Assembly: GCA_963823665.1 (NCBI GenBank)
Contig: CAWGMQ010000004.1
Span: forward strand, 32,001 to 96,000
Length of the DNA: 64,000 bases
From: an uncultured Planctomycetota bacterium
Lineage (GTDB): Bacteria > Planctomycetota > Planctomycetia > Isosphaerales > Isosphaeraceae
Reading direction: 5' to 3'
The notes under the pieces were generated by a model that saw only the letters and a list, made by a program, of their open reading frames with translations, ran no database searches and was not told where the DNA came from. Below, piece after piece: positions 42,254-53,246 of the stretch (within the stretch, counting starts at the first letter, position 1; every line of letters starts with the position of its first letter). The translations under genes and the position numbers were made by a program.

Positions 42254-44431
42254 ATGAGTCGACTGAAGTGGTGCAGCCTGACCACCGCGGCCTTGCTCTT
42301 CTGGCTTGCGTCGTCGACGGCCGCGCTCGCTCAGAATCAATCCGCGACTCGAAACGCAGGTCTTGCAAAGCTCCAGCAAGAGCTGACTACCCTCAAGCTC
42401 GAGATCCTCAAGGCCGAGTCCCTTGCCGAGGAGCTCAAGGATGAAGAACGCGTGCTCTCGACCGAACAGCAGGGGGCCGAATCAAGCGATACGCGATTCT
42501 TCCGCGCGCCCGAGAAAGTCTGGATGAAAGCGTTCCCCGGGAATTACGCGAAGGAAGGAGACTCCGACCGCGTGCTCGAAGAACTCGCGAGGACCCACAG
42601 AGACGTCGACAAAGACCAGAAAGAGGCAACCAGAGCGTGGACCTACGCTTTTGATCGGATGTTCGCCTTGCGTGAGAAACAAGCGGAAACCGAACGGATC
42701 ATCGGCTGGAAAATGGGCTCCAAGCCGGTCGAAGGAGCCGTGTCGCCGGGAATGATCGGCCTGGGCGCTCTGGCGGCGCTAGGGGGTCTGGTGCTTCTCT
42801 GTCACGAGAACCGCGGTCGCCTGAGGTGGCGGTTGCGGGCGCTGGGCAGCCGGCCCAGCATGATCACCGCTGCCATCGCTCTGCCCCTGGCGGCCGCCTG
42901 CGCCGGATGGGCGGGCCCGGGCGACGACGACGACACCCCGGCCACGCGCACGGTTAGTTCCGCTCTGGGCACCGCAGCGCTCGTCAAGGAGCTAGAGGGC
43001 GAGCGCGATGCGCTGAAGCAGCAGCTCGAAGAAAAGCAGCAAGCCAACGATGCCGCACGCGAACGGCTCGAGGACCGGCTCAGGGACGTGCGGCACGCGC
43101 GGGCGGCTTATTCGCTCAAGCCCGAAGAAGCACAGAAGAAGATTGTCGACCAGGCCGAGCAGTTCGAGGAGAAGGTCCAGAGAGCTTATCGTGATCTTCG
43201 CGTGGCGGCTCGCATGACCGCGCGAGCAATCGCCGAGGCTGAGGGCATCGAAAAGAAGCTCGAGCGAGATCAATCGGACCTCGAAGCGTTTGTCGTGGGA
43301 AGCAGGGGCACCGCCAGCAAGCTGGGGCTCCTCCGAATCGGCACCTCGATCCTCTTCGTCCTGGCGGCCGTCGTTCCGTTCTCGCTGGTACGCCGCCGCC
43401 GCCGCCGCGAGCGGCTCGAGCAGAGTAGGAAGTGTCCCCGTTGTCTCAACAAGGACACGCTCGACTTCGTTGCCCCGTCCTCTGATCACGAGTTTGACGA
43501 AGGGCAGACGATGTTCCGCTTGAAGGTGTGTAACGCCTGCGACTACGAGATTCGCGAAAACTACATCCACGAGAACCGGCTCTGTTTCCCCACGGTCGGC
43601 ATCAGGAGCAGCGGCAAGACGCACTGGCTGCTCATGCTTTACGACCAGATCAAGAACTCGAACATCCCGGTCGCCTCGGCGATCAGGAAGATTCCTTCCC
43701 GAGAGGACAAGCAATTCGACGAGATGGTGCAGCGCTTGCTCTACGCGGGTGGAGGCCTCGCTCCTACCGTCTACGGCTTGCCCAACCCGCTCACGTTTCA
43801 CGTGCATGACGCCGACCGGGCCGGCGCCAACAAGTCGATGGTCAATCTCTTCGACTACTCCGGCGAAATGCGGAACTTCGACATCGACACGAACGAATTC
43901 CGCCGCCGCGCCCTCTTGTGCGAGGGATTCACGCTCTTTCTCGACCCGACCCAGGCCTCCGAGGGCTCAGCCGGGCTGATCGCCTCGCAGATCGACTGCC
44001 TGTCGAAATTTGCCGAGGAGATGCACGCGATCCGGAGCCTGTCCGCGGACGCGCCGATCGATCTGCCGATCGCAATCTGCGTTTCCAAGATCGACCTCTT
44101 GACCACCAGAAGCTCAATGAGCACCCAGGCCATCCCGCTCGTCACGGCTCTCAGGCAGTCGATGACCAGGCGGGTTGATCTCGCGCTCATTCAGGAGCGG
44201 TCGCAGCTCTGTGCGGCGGCGATCAGTCAGTTGTTTCCCGGCTGGAACATCGAGCGCTCCCTGCGCGAGAACTTTGGCGGCCGGTACATGTTCTTCCCGA
44301 TGAGCGCGGTCGGGCTCGAGGAGGCCGAGCTCGGCATCGAAGACCTCCGCAAGCGAACGATTGCCCCGTGCGGAATGATCGAGCCCTTGCTCTGGCTGCT
44401 GCACATGCACGGTTACTGTGTATTCCACTAG
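42254..44431 (+). CDS. Membrane-anchored TRAFAC-clade GTPase: signal peptide, coiled coils, ~3 TM helices, Zn ribbon, GTPase
   Basis: Signal ending ALA-Q, heptad-rich segments and hydrophobic helices. CPRC...CNAC, G1 GIRSSGKT, G3 FDYSGE, LFLDPTQ, G4 SKID, G5 PMSAVG. Confidence 0.9.
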   Translation: MSRLKWCSLTTAALLFWLASSTAALAQNQSATRNAGLAKLQQELTTLKLEILKAESLAEELKDEERVLSTEQQGAESSDTRFFRAPEKVWMKAFPGNYAKEGDSDRVLEELARTHRDVDKDQKEATRAWTYAFDRMFALREKQAETERIIGWKMGSKPVEGAVSPGMIGLGALAALGGLVLLCHENRGRLRWRLRALGSRPSMITAAIALPLAAACAGWAGPGDDDDTPATRTVSSALGTAALVKELEGERDALKQQLEEKQQANDAARERLEDRLRDVRHARAAYSLKPEEAQKKIVDQAEQFEEKVQRAYRDLRVAARMTARAIAEAEGIEKKLERDQSDLEAFVVGSRGTASKLGLLRIGTSILFVLAAVVPFSLVRRRRRRERLEQSRKCPRCLNKDTLDFVAPSSDHEFDEGQTMFRLKVCNACDYEIRENYIHENRLCFPTVGIRSSGKTHWLLMLYDQIKNSNIPVASAIRKIPSREDKQFDEMVQRLLYAGGGLAPTVYGLPNPLTFHVHDADRAGANKSMVNLFDYSGEMRNFDIDTNEFRRRALLCEGFTLFLDPTQASEGSAGLIASQIDCLSKFAEEMHAIRSLSADAPIDLPIAICVSKIDLLTTRSSMSTQAIPLVTALRQSMTRRVDLALIQERSQLCAAAISQLFPGWNIERSLRENFGGRYMFFPMSAVGLEEAELGIEDLRKRTIAPCGMIEPLLWLLHMHGYCVFH

Positions 44432-44464
44432 ACTGATTGAATAAAGCTCTGAGAGATTTCTCTC

Positions 44465-47281
44465 ATGGGTTGGCCGAGCCCCGGCGATTACAACGGTGCC
44501 ATCCAGACCCCTCAGGCCGCCTTCCGCGACCCGAAGCTCAAGGATTGCGCCGTTGAATTGAAGCCGAGCAAGAGCATGCCGCTGCCCTGGGCGCGCACCG
44601 GCGCCAATGCGATCGTGTACCGGCTCTACAACGGATCGGGCTCGACAGCCGTGCGGGTCTTCCTGAACGCGCCCAAGTCCGAGCGCCAGGCGCGGTACGA
44701 GATGGTCGGGGCATACCTCCACCAGATGAAGCCCCGGTGCACGGTCGATTTTCACTACGACCCCGAGGGAATCCTGGTCGGACAGTGGCTCCCGATCCTG
44801 ACCATGGAGTGGGTTGAAGGCAAGACGCTCGGCTCATGGTTCCGCGACGCGGTGGAGCGGCAGGATTCGCCCGGCATCAAGCGGATGGCGCACGAGTGGA
44901 TCAAGCTCATGGGCGAGCTGCGGTCGCACCAGATCGCGCATTGCGACCTCCAGCACGGCAACGTGATGGTCGTGGGCGACCGGCTGATGCTGGTCGATTA
45001 CGACGGAATGTACGTGCCCGCGATGGGCCAAGGTGAAGAAAAAAACCGCGTTGCCTGGGAAAACGGCCTGCCTGCATACCAGCACCCGAGCCGGCCGGGC
45101 CAGCTCCTTTCCCCGGCGATCGACCACTTCTCGGCCTGGCTCATCCTGATCTCGCTGCGGGCCGTGGCCGACGACCTCTCACTCTGGCATCGCACGATCG
45201 GCTGCACCGAGGAGGAAAGCCTGCTCTTCACCGAGAGAGACTTGAAACAGCCCGACCGCTCCGCGTTGTGGCCCGAGCTGATCAACCATGCCAGAGACAG
45301 GAAAGTTCGCGAGTGGACGGCCGCGTTGCGGCGCTCGCTCGATCGTCCGTTCGAGGAGATTCCGCCGTTCTACCTCGACATTTTTGACCCGGTGCGCGAG
45401 GTGATCAAGGCGGGCGACTGGCGGCAAATCCATGCGCTGGCCTCGAGCCAGCGGTTTGCCAATGAGACGTTTCCGGCCGACGTCGCCCCCAAGGTGAACG
45501 AGGCGATCACGCGGGTCGACTGTGCCCAGCTCTTTGAAGAAAGCCTGCAGAGCGGCAACCTGAAAGCAATCGCCAAGGCTTACCGGCCCGACTTGCTCGA
45601 CGATTGGCTCGACCCGGCGACGGTGGCCAGGGGAAAGCAAGCCAGGGCCGCAGCCGGCCTCATCGACGAGCTCGCCCGCGCCGAGCAAAAAGACCCGGCC
45701 GGCCGGGCGCTGGTTGCTCTTTGGACCGCCCGCGGCAGCGAGCTCCAGGGCATTCCCGAGGCCGACGCGGTCAGGAAAAAAGTCGATCTGTGGAAGAAGC
45801 GAATTGCCGCCGCCGAAAAAGTCGATCAGGTCGTGCGCACAGCCGGGCGGGAGAAGGATATCTTCGAGTCCTGGCAGGCGCTCGACAAGCTGGGGGGCCA
45901 CCCCGATGCCGAGCCACACCGCGTCCGGGCCGAACAGGCTGCGAAATGCCTCAAGGCCCTCGAGGCGTTCGCCGCGCTGCCGCTGACCGAAGATGAGGCT
46001 GCCGACCGCACACTCCTCAAGACCTGGGGTGCGAATTCTAAAGTACTCACCGGCTGCAAGGAGGCCGATCCGTTCCTCGCGCGAGCCCGCGCAGCCAAGG
46101 GGCGCGAGCAGCGACTGGTTGATCTCAAGAGCCGGATCGAGCAGGCCGACCACGGCCAGGGAAGTGAGCGAGCGGTGATCGAGGCGGCCGAAGCGCTTCC
46201 GCCCCGATACGGCGCGAGCTTCTCCGAGCGAATCCGCCAGGCGCGCGAGCGCCTCTCCGCCTCCACCGCACTCGATCACGCACTCGCGGGCGCCCATCCC
46301 TCCGACCTGGCCATCGCCGATGCTGCCGAACGCGCCCGCACCGGTGGAACCTGGCCGGTGAATGCCGCAGTCGCCGCCCGCTGCGTGCTGGCGATCAATC
46401 GCCGCGACCTGCTGCGGACGCTGGATGCGATCTCTTCCGCACTACCTCTGGACGAACAAGACGCGCAGTGGGCCGCATTGTGGGACAACTCGCTCCTGGC
46501 CGACTGCGGCGATGCCCGTGAGCATCGCGCCCGGTATTCAAGTGCCCTCGCGCGCAACGCGGCGTTCGCCGAGCTGGAGCAGGGCCTTCTCGCCGGCGAT
46601 GCCATCAAGGTGAAGCGCTTCGCGCGCGACCCGATCCTGGCGGAACACCCCGGCCTGGCGCGCCGCAAGCCGGAGATCGACGCCCTGATCGCCAAGAGCG
46701 AGCAGGTCGAGCGGCTGCTGGCCGCCGCGAAATCGGGCCATGTCGATGCGTTTCTCGCCGAAGCTGAGCCTGGATTGCTCGCCGCGCACGCAATCGAGTT
46801 CCGTCCCTACCAATCCCAGATCGCCGCGTGGATCGACAAGCGGCTCGGGCAGGGTGACATCCTTCGCGCGGCTGACCCCATGTTCCTTGCCGACCCCGGG
46901 GGCCATGTCGTGACGGCTCGGTGGGCGTGGCAGCAGCCGCAGCTCGTTCAGCGCTGCCTGGTTGCCACCGACACGCGGCGATTCCTCGAGCGCCCCGAGG
47001 ACGCGACGCGGGGAACTGTCAACCTCGACCCGGACATGCACCGCCGCGCCAAGGGGGGTTCGGCGTTCGCGTTGCCGCCCGGGACCGCGAAATTATATGT
47101 GACCGTCTGGCCGGTGGTTGATCTGGGCTGGGACCGGCGGATCGGCCCGCCGTTCCGAATCGGGCCCTACAATGCCGCCAAAGCCGGCGAGTCCGGCCGC
47201 CCCGGCCCTCAGAAGGGTGCAGGCGAGCAGCGACTGCGGGCCGGTCTGCGCACCTTCCTGGAGCGACTACTTAACTCTTGA
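44465..47281 (+). CDS. Atypical Ser/Thr kinase (vWA-PP2C-associated type) with a long helical-repeat C-terminus
   Basis: 'WPSPGDYNGAIQTP..AF.DP.L', 'GANAIVY', 'AVRVF', 'MEWVEG', catalytic 'HCDLQHGN', 'LVDYDG' and 'YQHP'. About ten ~45-50 aa helical repeats follow. Confidence 0.88.
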   Translation: MGWPSPGDYNGAIQTPQAAFRDPKLKDCAVELKPSKSMPLPWARTGANAIVYRLYNGSGSTAVRVFLNAPKSERQARYEMVGAYLHQMKPRCTVDFHYDPEGILVGQWLPILTMEWVEGKTLGSWFRDAVERQDSPGIKRMAHEWIKLMGELRSHQIAHCDLQHGNVMVVGDRLMLVDYDGMYVPAMGQGEEKNRVAWENGLPAYQHPSRPGQLLSPAIDHFSAWLILISLRAVADDLSLWHRTIGCTEEESLLFTERDLKQPDRSALWPELINHARDRKVREWTAALRRSLDRPFEEIPPFYLDIFDPVREVIKAGDWRQIHALASSQRFANETFPADVAPKVNEAITRVDCAQLFEESLQSGNLKAIAKAYRPDLLDDWLDPATVARGKQARAAAGLIDELARAEQKDPAGRALVALWTARGSELQGIPEADAVRKKVDLWKKRIAAAEKVDQVVRTAGREKDIFESWQALDKLGGHPDAEPHRVRAEQAAKCLKALEAFAALPLTEDEAADRTLLKTWGANSKVLTGCKEADPFLARARAAKGREQRLVDLKSRIEQADHGQGSERAVIEAAEALPPRYGASFSERIRQARERLSASTALDHALAGAHPSDLAIADAAERARTGGTWPVNAAVAARCVLAINRRDLLRTLDAISSALPLDEQDAQWAALWDNSLLADCGDAREHRARYSSALARNAAFAELEQGLLAGDAIKVKRFARDPILAEHPGLARRKPEIDALIAKSEQVERLLAAAKSGHVDAFLAEAEPGLLAAHAIEFRPYQSQIAAWIDKRLGQGDILRAADPMFLADPGGHVVTARWAWQQPQLVQRCLVATDTRRFLERPEDATRGTVNLDPDMHRRAKGGSAFALPPGTAKLYVTVWPVVDLGWDRRIGPPFRIGPYNAAKAGESGRPGPQKGAGEQRLRAGLRTFLERLLNS

Positions 47282-47323
47282 TCATAATTCGGCGCCTTTG
47301 GCTCGAGCGCACCTGTAGGTAAC

Positions 47324-50300
47324 GTGATGACGACACCCAGCTCAAAAAGCCTCGAACGCACGCCGTCCATCGCCGGGCCGATCGAGCAGCTTTACGTCAT
47401 GCACTGCCTCAAGGAAGACAGCGTTCTGGGGCAAGAGGGCTTCAGCGTGCGCGCCTCGAGCCCCGGCGCAAACGACGCGGCGATCCTGGAATGGGCCCTC
47501 CGGCTCGATTACTACGAGCTGCCGCTGGACATGAAGTCGGGCACGCTTCTGGTTAACCAGGCGCCGCGGCGGCTGGCCCGCGTGCCCGGACCGCCGGGCC
47601 GGGTCGCTCTCGTGCACACAACCTATCTCCCGCAGGACACTGTCGGGCGATCGCACAGCTTTCTCTCGCACATCGCGATTCTTCCCGAGCTGCCAGATCT
47701 CGCCGCAGTGGCCGCGTGGGGTTCAACCGAGTGGCAGACCACGGAGTACCCCCGCGGCGATTCCAAGGTGCTCTCGCCGCTCGATCGCCTGCCGCGCGGC
47801 ACACTGATCGACGAGGCTGCCCTCAAAGGATTCCTCGCGAGCGGAGCAGCGCCGCAGGATCAGAGCCTCGCCCGGTCGATCTACCCGAGCCGCGTCGAGT
47901 CGAATCCCCAGGCGCGGCGGCGCTGGGTGCGGGCCGCGCTGCACGGCTTCCTCAAGGCCGGCGAGCCGAGCTCGCGCAAGGCGAGGCTCTGCATTCTCGC
48001 CGAGCCAGGCGCCGTGGCGCTTCTGATCTACGCAATCGCCCGGCTTTTACCGGAACGCATTGCCGGCGCATTCCCGTTTTCGACGTATGAGCCGCACTAC
48101 ACGTCGTTGCGAGACAACAAGGTGGCTCGCGTGATCGGCAGCTTCGCGCGGAACGGCCTCGATCGAGGTGATCTCGAGAGCCTGAGGCGCCGGGGATATG
48201 TGCTCGACACGCTTCGCAATGACGACGACCCCGATCTCGCCGTCGCGGCTGACTGGCCGCTCGAAGGGATCATCACTCTGGCGGCGGAAGGCAACTGGAA
48301 AGGTGTGGATGAAATTCGCGAGCTGTGGTCGCGAGACCCGCGCATCGCACCCGGCGTTTCTGCGACGGTGCTCGGCGAGGCGCTCAGGGTTCGTCCTCTG
48401 GCCGCCGCGCTGAAAAGCGGCACGCTCGGGCCCGAGGGCCTGCTCGAGCTGCGCCGGAACCATTTCGCAGCAGGGCTGCTCCGCGAGGACGAATTCCGGC
48501 GTCCCACCTGGGAGGCAGTGCGTAAGGTCTGGTTGCAGCCGGTCATCCGGCACGAGTTTGCCGACTTGTTTCGTGAGCACACCGAAGAACTGCTCGCCGA
48601 AGTGACCGGCCTCGTGGAATCCGGACCACCCGGAGCATGGCGCGAGGCCTGGGAGGCACTCAAGCCCGTGATCCCGGCCGAGCGGCGTCTCGACGACTTC
48701 TCGAAGCTGCTGGCGGCGATGGAACACACCGGCGCCGCGCTCCCCGCGGGCGAGCGGGCTAATCTTCTGGTCGACTGGTGTCAGGCCGCGCCGGCAATCG
48801 CAGTGTTTCCAACCGGGCTGCACTGGCTGCTGCATGCCGGCAGCGCCGAGGCCTTCCGCACGCTGCTGGCGTCATCGAAGGTGAGCACACGCCTGGCCGG
48901 CGTCGCAACCTGCCTGGCTCTCTGCGGCGGGGCAGACTGGTCGGCTGAACCCGCTTTTCTCGGCGACCTGCCCGACGACCAGTTCCACGCGTTCGCCACC
49001 GCATTGCCGGGCTTCGAAAACCGCAAGAGCGTCTATGACCGGCTGAAAGCAGCCAGGGGGTCGAGCAAGGTGCTGGTCGACCGGCTGGTCCGGCTTCGCT
49101 CCAGGTTGCCCGAATCGTGCGTGGAGGACGTGCTCTCCGCTCTGAACTGCGACGAGGCGGCGTGGCACGATTACTGGCTCAAAGGCGGGGCGCGAACTTT
49201 GCGGCGATGCTCGCGCACGTCGCGAGCGACTCGGGGCTGGCCCGGCGGATCTGGCAGGGTCTGCTCGGCCGGATGACCCCCGAGAATTTCGCCGACGGCG
49301 AGGCTTCCGGCATCGACGTGTTCGCCGAGATTGCGCGCCGTTATCCAAACTCGCTCTCCCGCGATCAGCAAGAGCGGCTCGAGAGCTGGAATGCGATCAC
49401 GCAGGCGTTCGTGAGCCCGGACACGAAAATGCCGGCGGCCGAGCGGGCCGCGAACCTCGCCTCGGCCTGCCGCGCGGCAAATGTCAAGCGCGAGGACCTG
49501 GCTGCACAGTGGTTTGACACGCACATTCTGACCGCATCGAGCCCGGCAGATTTGAAGAAGAAGTCCGAACAATTTGGACGCGCCCTGCTAGGGTTGTTCG
49601 AGACGGAAGACGCTGCTGCCGCGCAGGCACTCAAGCTGGCGAACGGCGTGGAGAAGCGCGAGCAGCGCCGCAAGTGCACAAGCGCGATGTTCCAGGCGAT
49701 CGTCTCAGGCGAGAACCACGATCGCCTGGCGCTCAAATTCGAGAGCCTGCTAAGGGAGACCGATATCCGCCCCGCGCCCGACGTGGATTTGCTGCAACGA
49801 GGAAAGCCGCGGGGGAGCACAGGCAAGGGAATTGGGATCGGCCCTTTTCGGCTTTCGCCGCAGGGGACGCGAAATCTGCTGACCTTCGTGGGTGGCGCAA
49901 CGTTCGCGCTATTGCTCATGCTGGTGCTGTTTCCCTTGGTGACGCAAGTCGGGAACTGGTTGTGGCCATCAAACGAATTGAACCAGACCGTTCTGGCTCT
50001 CGACGTTGCCAAGAAGGCAGAGCGGGCGCTCTCTGCCCGGATCAAGGAAAAGGATGAGGGTCTTGCAAACATGCAGAACCAGCTCGATTCGGGCAAGGCC
50101 GAAATCCGGCGGCTCGCGGGCGAGCTCAAGTCGGCGAAGGAGCAACATCAGAATCAGCTAGACGCAACAGGATCTGATGCTCGTCCGCAAACAGGCGTCG
50201 ATAACGCCGGAGTCCGCCGGACCCCAGTGTTCGTCGCGGGGACGGTCACGACCATCGACCTGCGGCAAGTCGCCCGCGGGGCCCCGACGAAGAACGGTTC

Positions 50301-51742
50301 GCCAAAGGAAGCGGCGGGCCCGGGAAGGTCGTCACCAACCGGCGGTGACAACATGACTCGCAGCGGCATTGGCGCCGGCACTCCGTCCGAAAACGCAGCA
50401 CTGATTCGGAATCTGCTCGACGTCCTGGTCATTGATCGCCCCATCGCATACCAGCGCGACATCGCTCGGTCTCTCGAGCTCGTGAAACAGGCGGAGCAAA
50501 TGCAGATCGGCGATGCTTACTCTGCTCGCCTCAGGCTGGTGCGACGGCTCCTCACCGGCTTGACGTTCGGAGACTTACCGATCGATCCCGGGGCGGCCAA
50601 GCTGACGACCGATGATTCGCACACGGATCTCGCATTTCTCAGTGGCAATGACGGCCGGTCGGTCCTTGCGACGATCAGGAATCACGTCGTCCCTCTCAAT
50701 CTCTATTTCTTCGAAACGAATGCAGGAGGGTTGTCCTGGAAGGCGAAGGTCCCGACGCTCAAGGAACGCACGCCGAACGTCTTGACCGCGAGCTTGTCCG
50801 GGCGCACGTTCCTCGCGGGCCGGAAAACAGACGACCGATTGGACAATCTTCGTATTTATACAGCCAAAAATCTGTATGAATTAGTATATCAGAAAGACCG
50901 GCTGAGAAGGAACATTATACCTGACGAAGAACGCACGATCTCATTGCAGTCCGAGAACCTCCGCCAAACTGGCCGTCACTGACGTTGATCGCTACGCACT
51001 TGCCGGACCAGCGGGAGTGATGAAGTGGCCTCCAGGTGTGACGGTGGAATCGTCCGGGGGCAATGCTCTCGCGGTTGACTTGAAAGCTTTCAACGACCTG
51101 GTCGAAGGTGAGCCGGTCATTTCGGCGATGACGTTCGACTATACTGGACATATCCTGATCATCGGTTTCCGAAATAGCAAACAACTGCCCGTGTTCGAGC
51201 TAGCGAATGATAAACTGAACCCCGTGGTGCTTCCGAAGTATCCTCACGATGTCCGGGCTTGGGCGCACGGCGTTCACGGAAACCTGGCCGTGGCTACGGA
51301 CCGGGACGTCTTCGTCGGAGAGATCGTCCATACCAGCGACACGGGCACCTTCGAGTCGGTCACACTGACGCCCCCAGTCCCACTGAAATCGAGGAGCTCA
51401 CCGGGCCATCTGACCTGCGTGGCGTTCAGTCCGAAGGGTTCGATTGTCGCGACTGGAGACGAGAACGGCGCGATCGCAATCCGTCCGCTGGATCGATCGA
51501 ACGAGGGAGGCGAGATCCTTCGACTTGGTCACATCGGGCCGATCCAGAAGCTCGCGTTCAGCCCCGACGGTCGCGTGCTCGCGGCGCTCGCCAGCCGTCC
51601 GGACGCAAAGGACGATAGCTCTGCCGACGACAAGAGCAAGGTTCACCCGGGCGTGATCCGCCTTTGGGTCACCGAGGGTTGGGAGCGTACTGATCAGGTG
51701 CGAGGCCAAAGCGGCGCGGCCGTCGCGCCTGATGCAAAATGA
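47324..51742 (+). CDS. Giant GAP1-N2-like protein: GAP1-N2, helical region, TM, coiled coil, C-terminal WD40-like propeller; frameshifts near 49190 and 50970
   Basis: 'EQLYVMHC.....GQEGFSVRASS...YELP...DTVGRSHSFLSH' and 'IARLLP......FSTYE'. Overlapping ORFs 47324, 49117 and 51017 read through. TM 'LLTFVGGATFALLLMLVLFPLV'. Tail has 'CVAFSPKG' and 'LAFSPDG'. Confidence 0.75.
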
Positions 51743-51817
51743 CGATTGTGACTCACTGAAATCCGTGTATCTACGTCGCTCCGAGGGCGACGAGCTCATA
51801 GAGGCCTGCTTCCGCAC

Positions 51818-53171
51818 ATGCGAAAAAGCCTCCTCATCCTGTTGTTGTGTGCTCCGCTTCTCTGGATTGCCGGGGCGGAAGGGACGCGGCTTTATAATGT
51901 CTATCGGTGGTCGAGCCCGGAGCTCGAGTCGACCGACGACGACCCGCCTCCCAGGCCGGAGGTCCTCGCCAAGGCCAGGAAGACGGCGGATGCGATCCTC
52001 GAGCTGCCCGACGGCGTGACGTCCGCCGTCGTCAAACTCGAACCGCCGCCGCCGGGTGCCCCTCTTGAGCCTCACGTGGGCAGCGCAGTCCTGAACCACT
52101 CCAAAAAGCGGGCCGAACGCGCCTTCGAGGTTGAGCAAGCCAAGGACGATGGGCTCAAGGTCGAGCAGCAGATCAGACAAATCCTCAAGAAAATGCGCGG
52201 ACAGGACGGCTGGCCGTCGGTGCCGGACAAAGAGAAAGAGCTCGACGGAGTGCTCGAGGAATACGTGGAGAAGGTGCACGACCCCGAGCTGGTGGCTTCG
52301 GCGCACGCCCAGTCGGCCTGGGTTCCTCGAGAAGAGAAGTTTTCGCGGGCCGAACTCGAAGGGCGCTTCAAGGCAATCGACCAGTGGTCGCCGAAGGATG
52401 CCGGCAAGGCGCCACCCTTTGACGATTTCATCGCGAGCTACCGTGGCTACTTGAACGACCACGAGCTGGCCAAGGAAGCGTATGCGGTGAAGCTGACCGG
52501 AGAAGCCAAAGCAAGGCTCGCGCTGGCGCAGCGCGGCGCCCTACTCGTCAGCATCCTCAAAAACTCGGTCGCGCCAGAATCCGACCCGGATCCGATGAAA
52601 CAACGCATCGAAGCGATCGCGGCCATCGCGAAGTTGAACGACGACAATCCCGGTGAACCCGTCCACTCGACGCTCAGGCACATCGTGCAGGTTCTTTGCG
52701 ACGAGTTTCTGAAGCCCGAGCCGCTCGACGAATACGTGAGCCTGACGACGGCGAATTCGCTGGCGCCGGAGAAAGTCAAGCGAACAGATATCCAGGTCAG
52801 CCTGAAGAGCAGCGGCGAGACCGTTTCACTCGGGCCGGACGGGGAATACAAGATCAAGCCGCAAGACGTTGAATCCATCACGCTGGTCTCCAAGATGGTC
52901 GAAGCGCCAGCCCCCTGACGGAGGCGTTCCACCGCTACAGGGAACGGAGTATAGTGAAGCCATCAGGGCATTCAACAGCGTGCGCGAGGGGATCAAGCAA
53001 TGGTCCAGTCAGGAGCTGGATAAGCTACTTGACACCTGCAAGAAGAACGAATCGAAGCTCAAACAAGGAGGCGGTGCCGGGAGCGGAGGGCAAACGCTGA
53101 TCGATCGCATCACGAAACTCCGTGAAATTGTGCACAGCCACCCGAGCCTGTTTGCGTCCGATGTTCCGTGA
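51818..53171 (+). CDS. Exported or membrane-anchored helical hypothetical protein (frameshift near 52915)
   Basis: N-terminal 'MRKSLLILLLCAPLLWIAG'. ORF 51818-52918 continues in ORF 52869-53171. Confidence 0.7.
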
Positions 53172-53246
53172 CCTCCATCGTCTCGTGAGAATGTCCATTG
53201 TTTCGCCAGTTTCCGTAAATCCGAATCCAAACTCGAGGAGCCCCCG

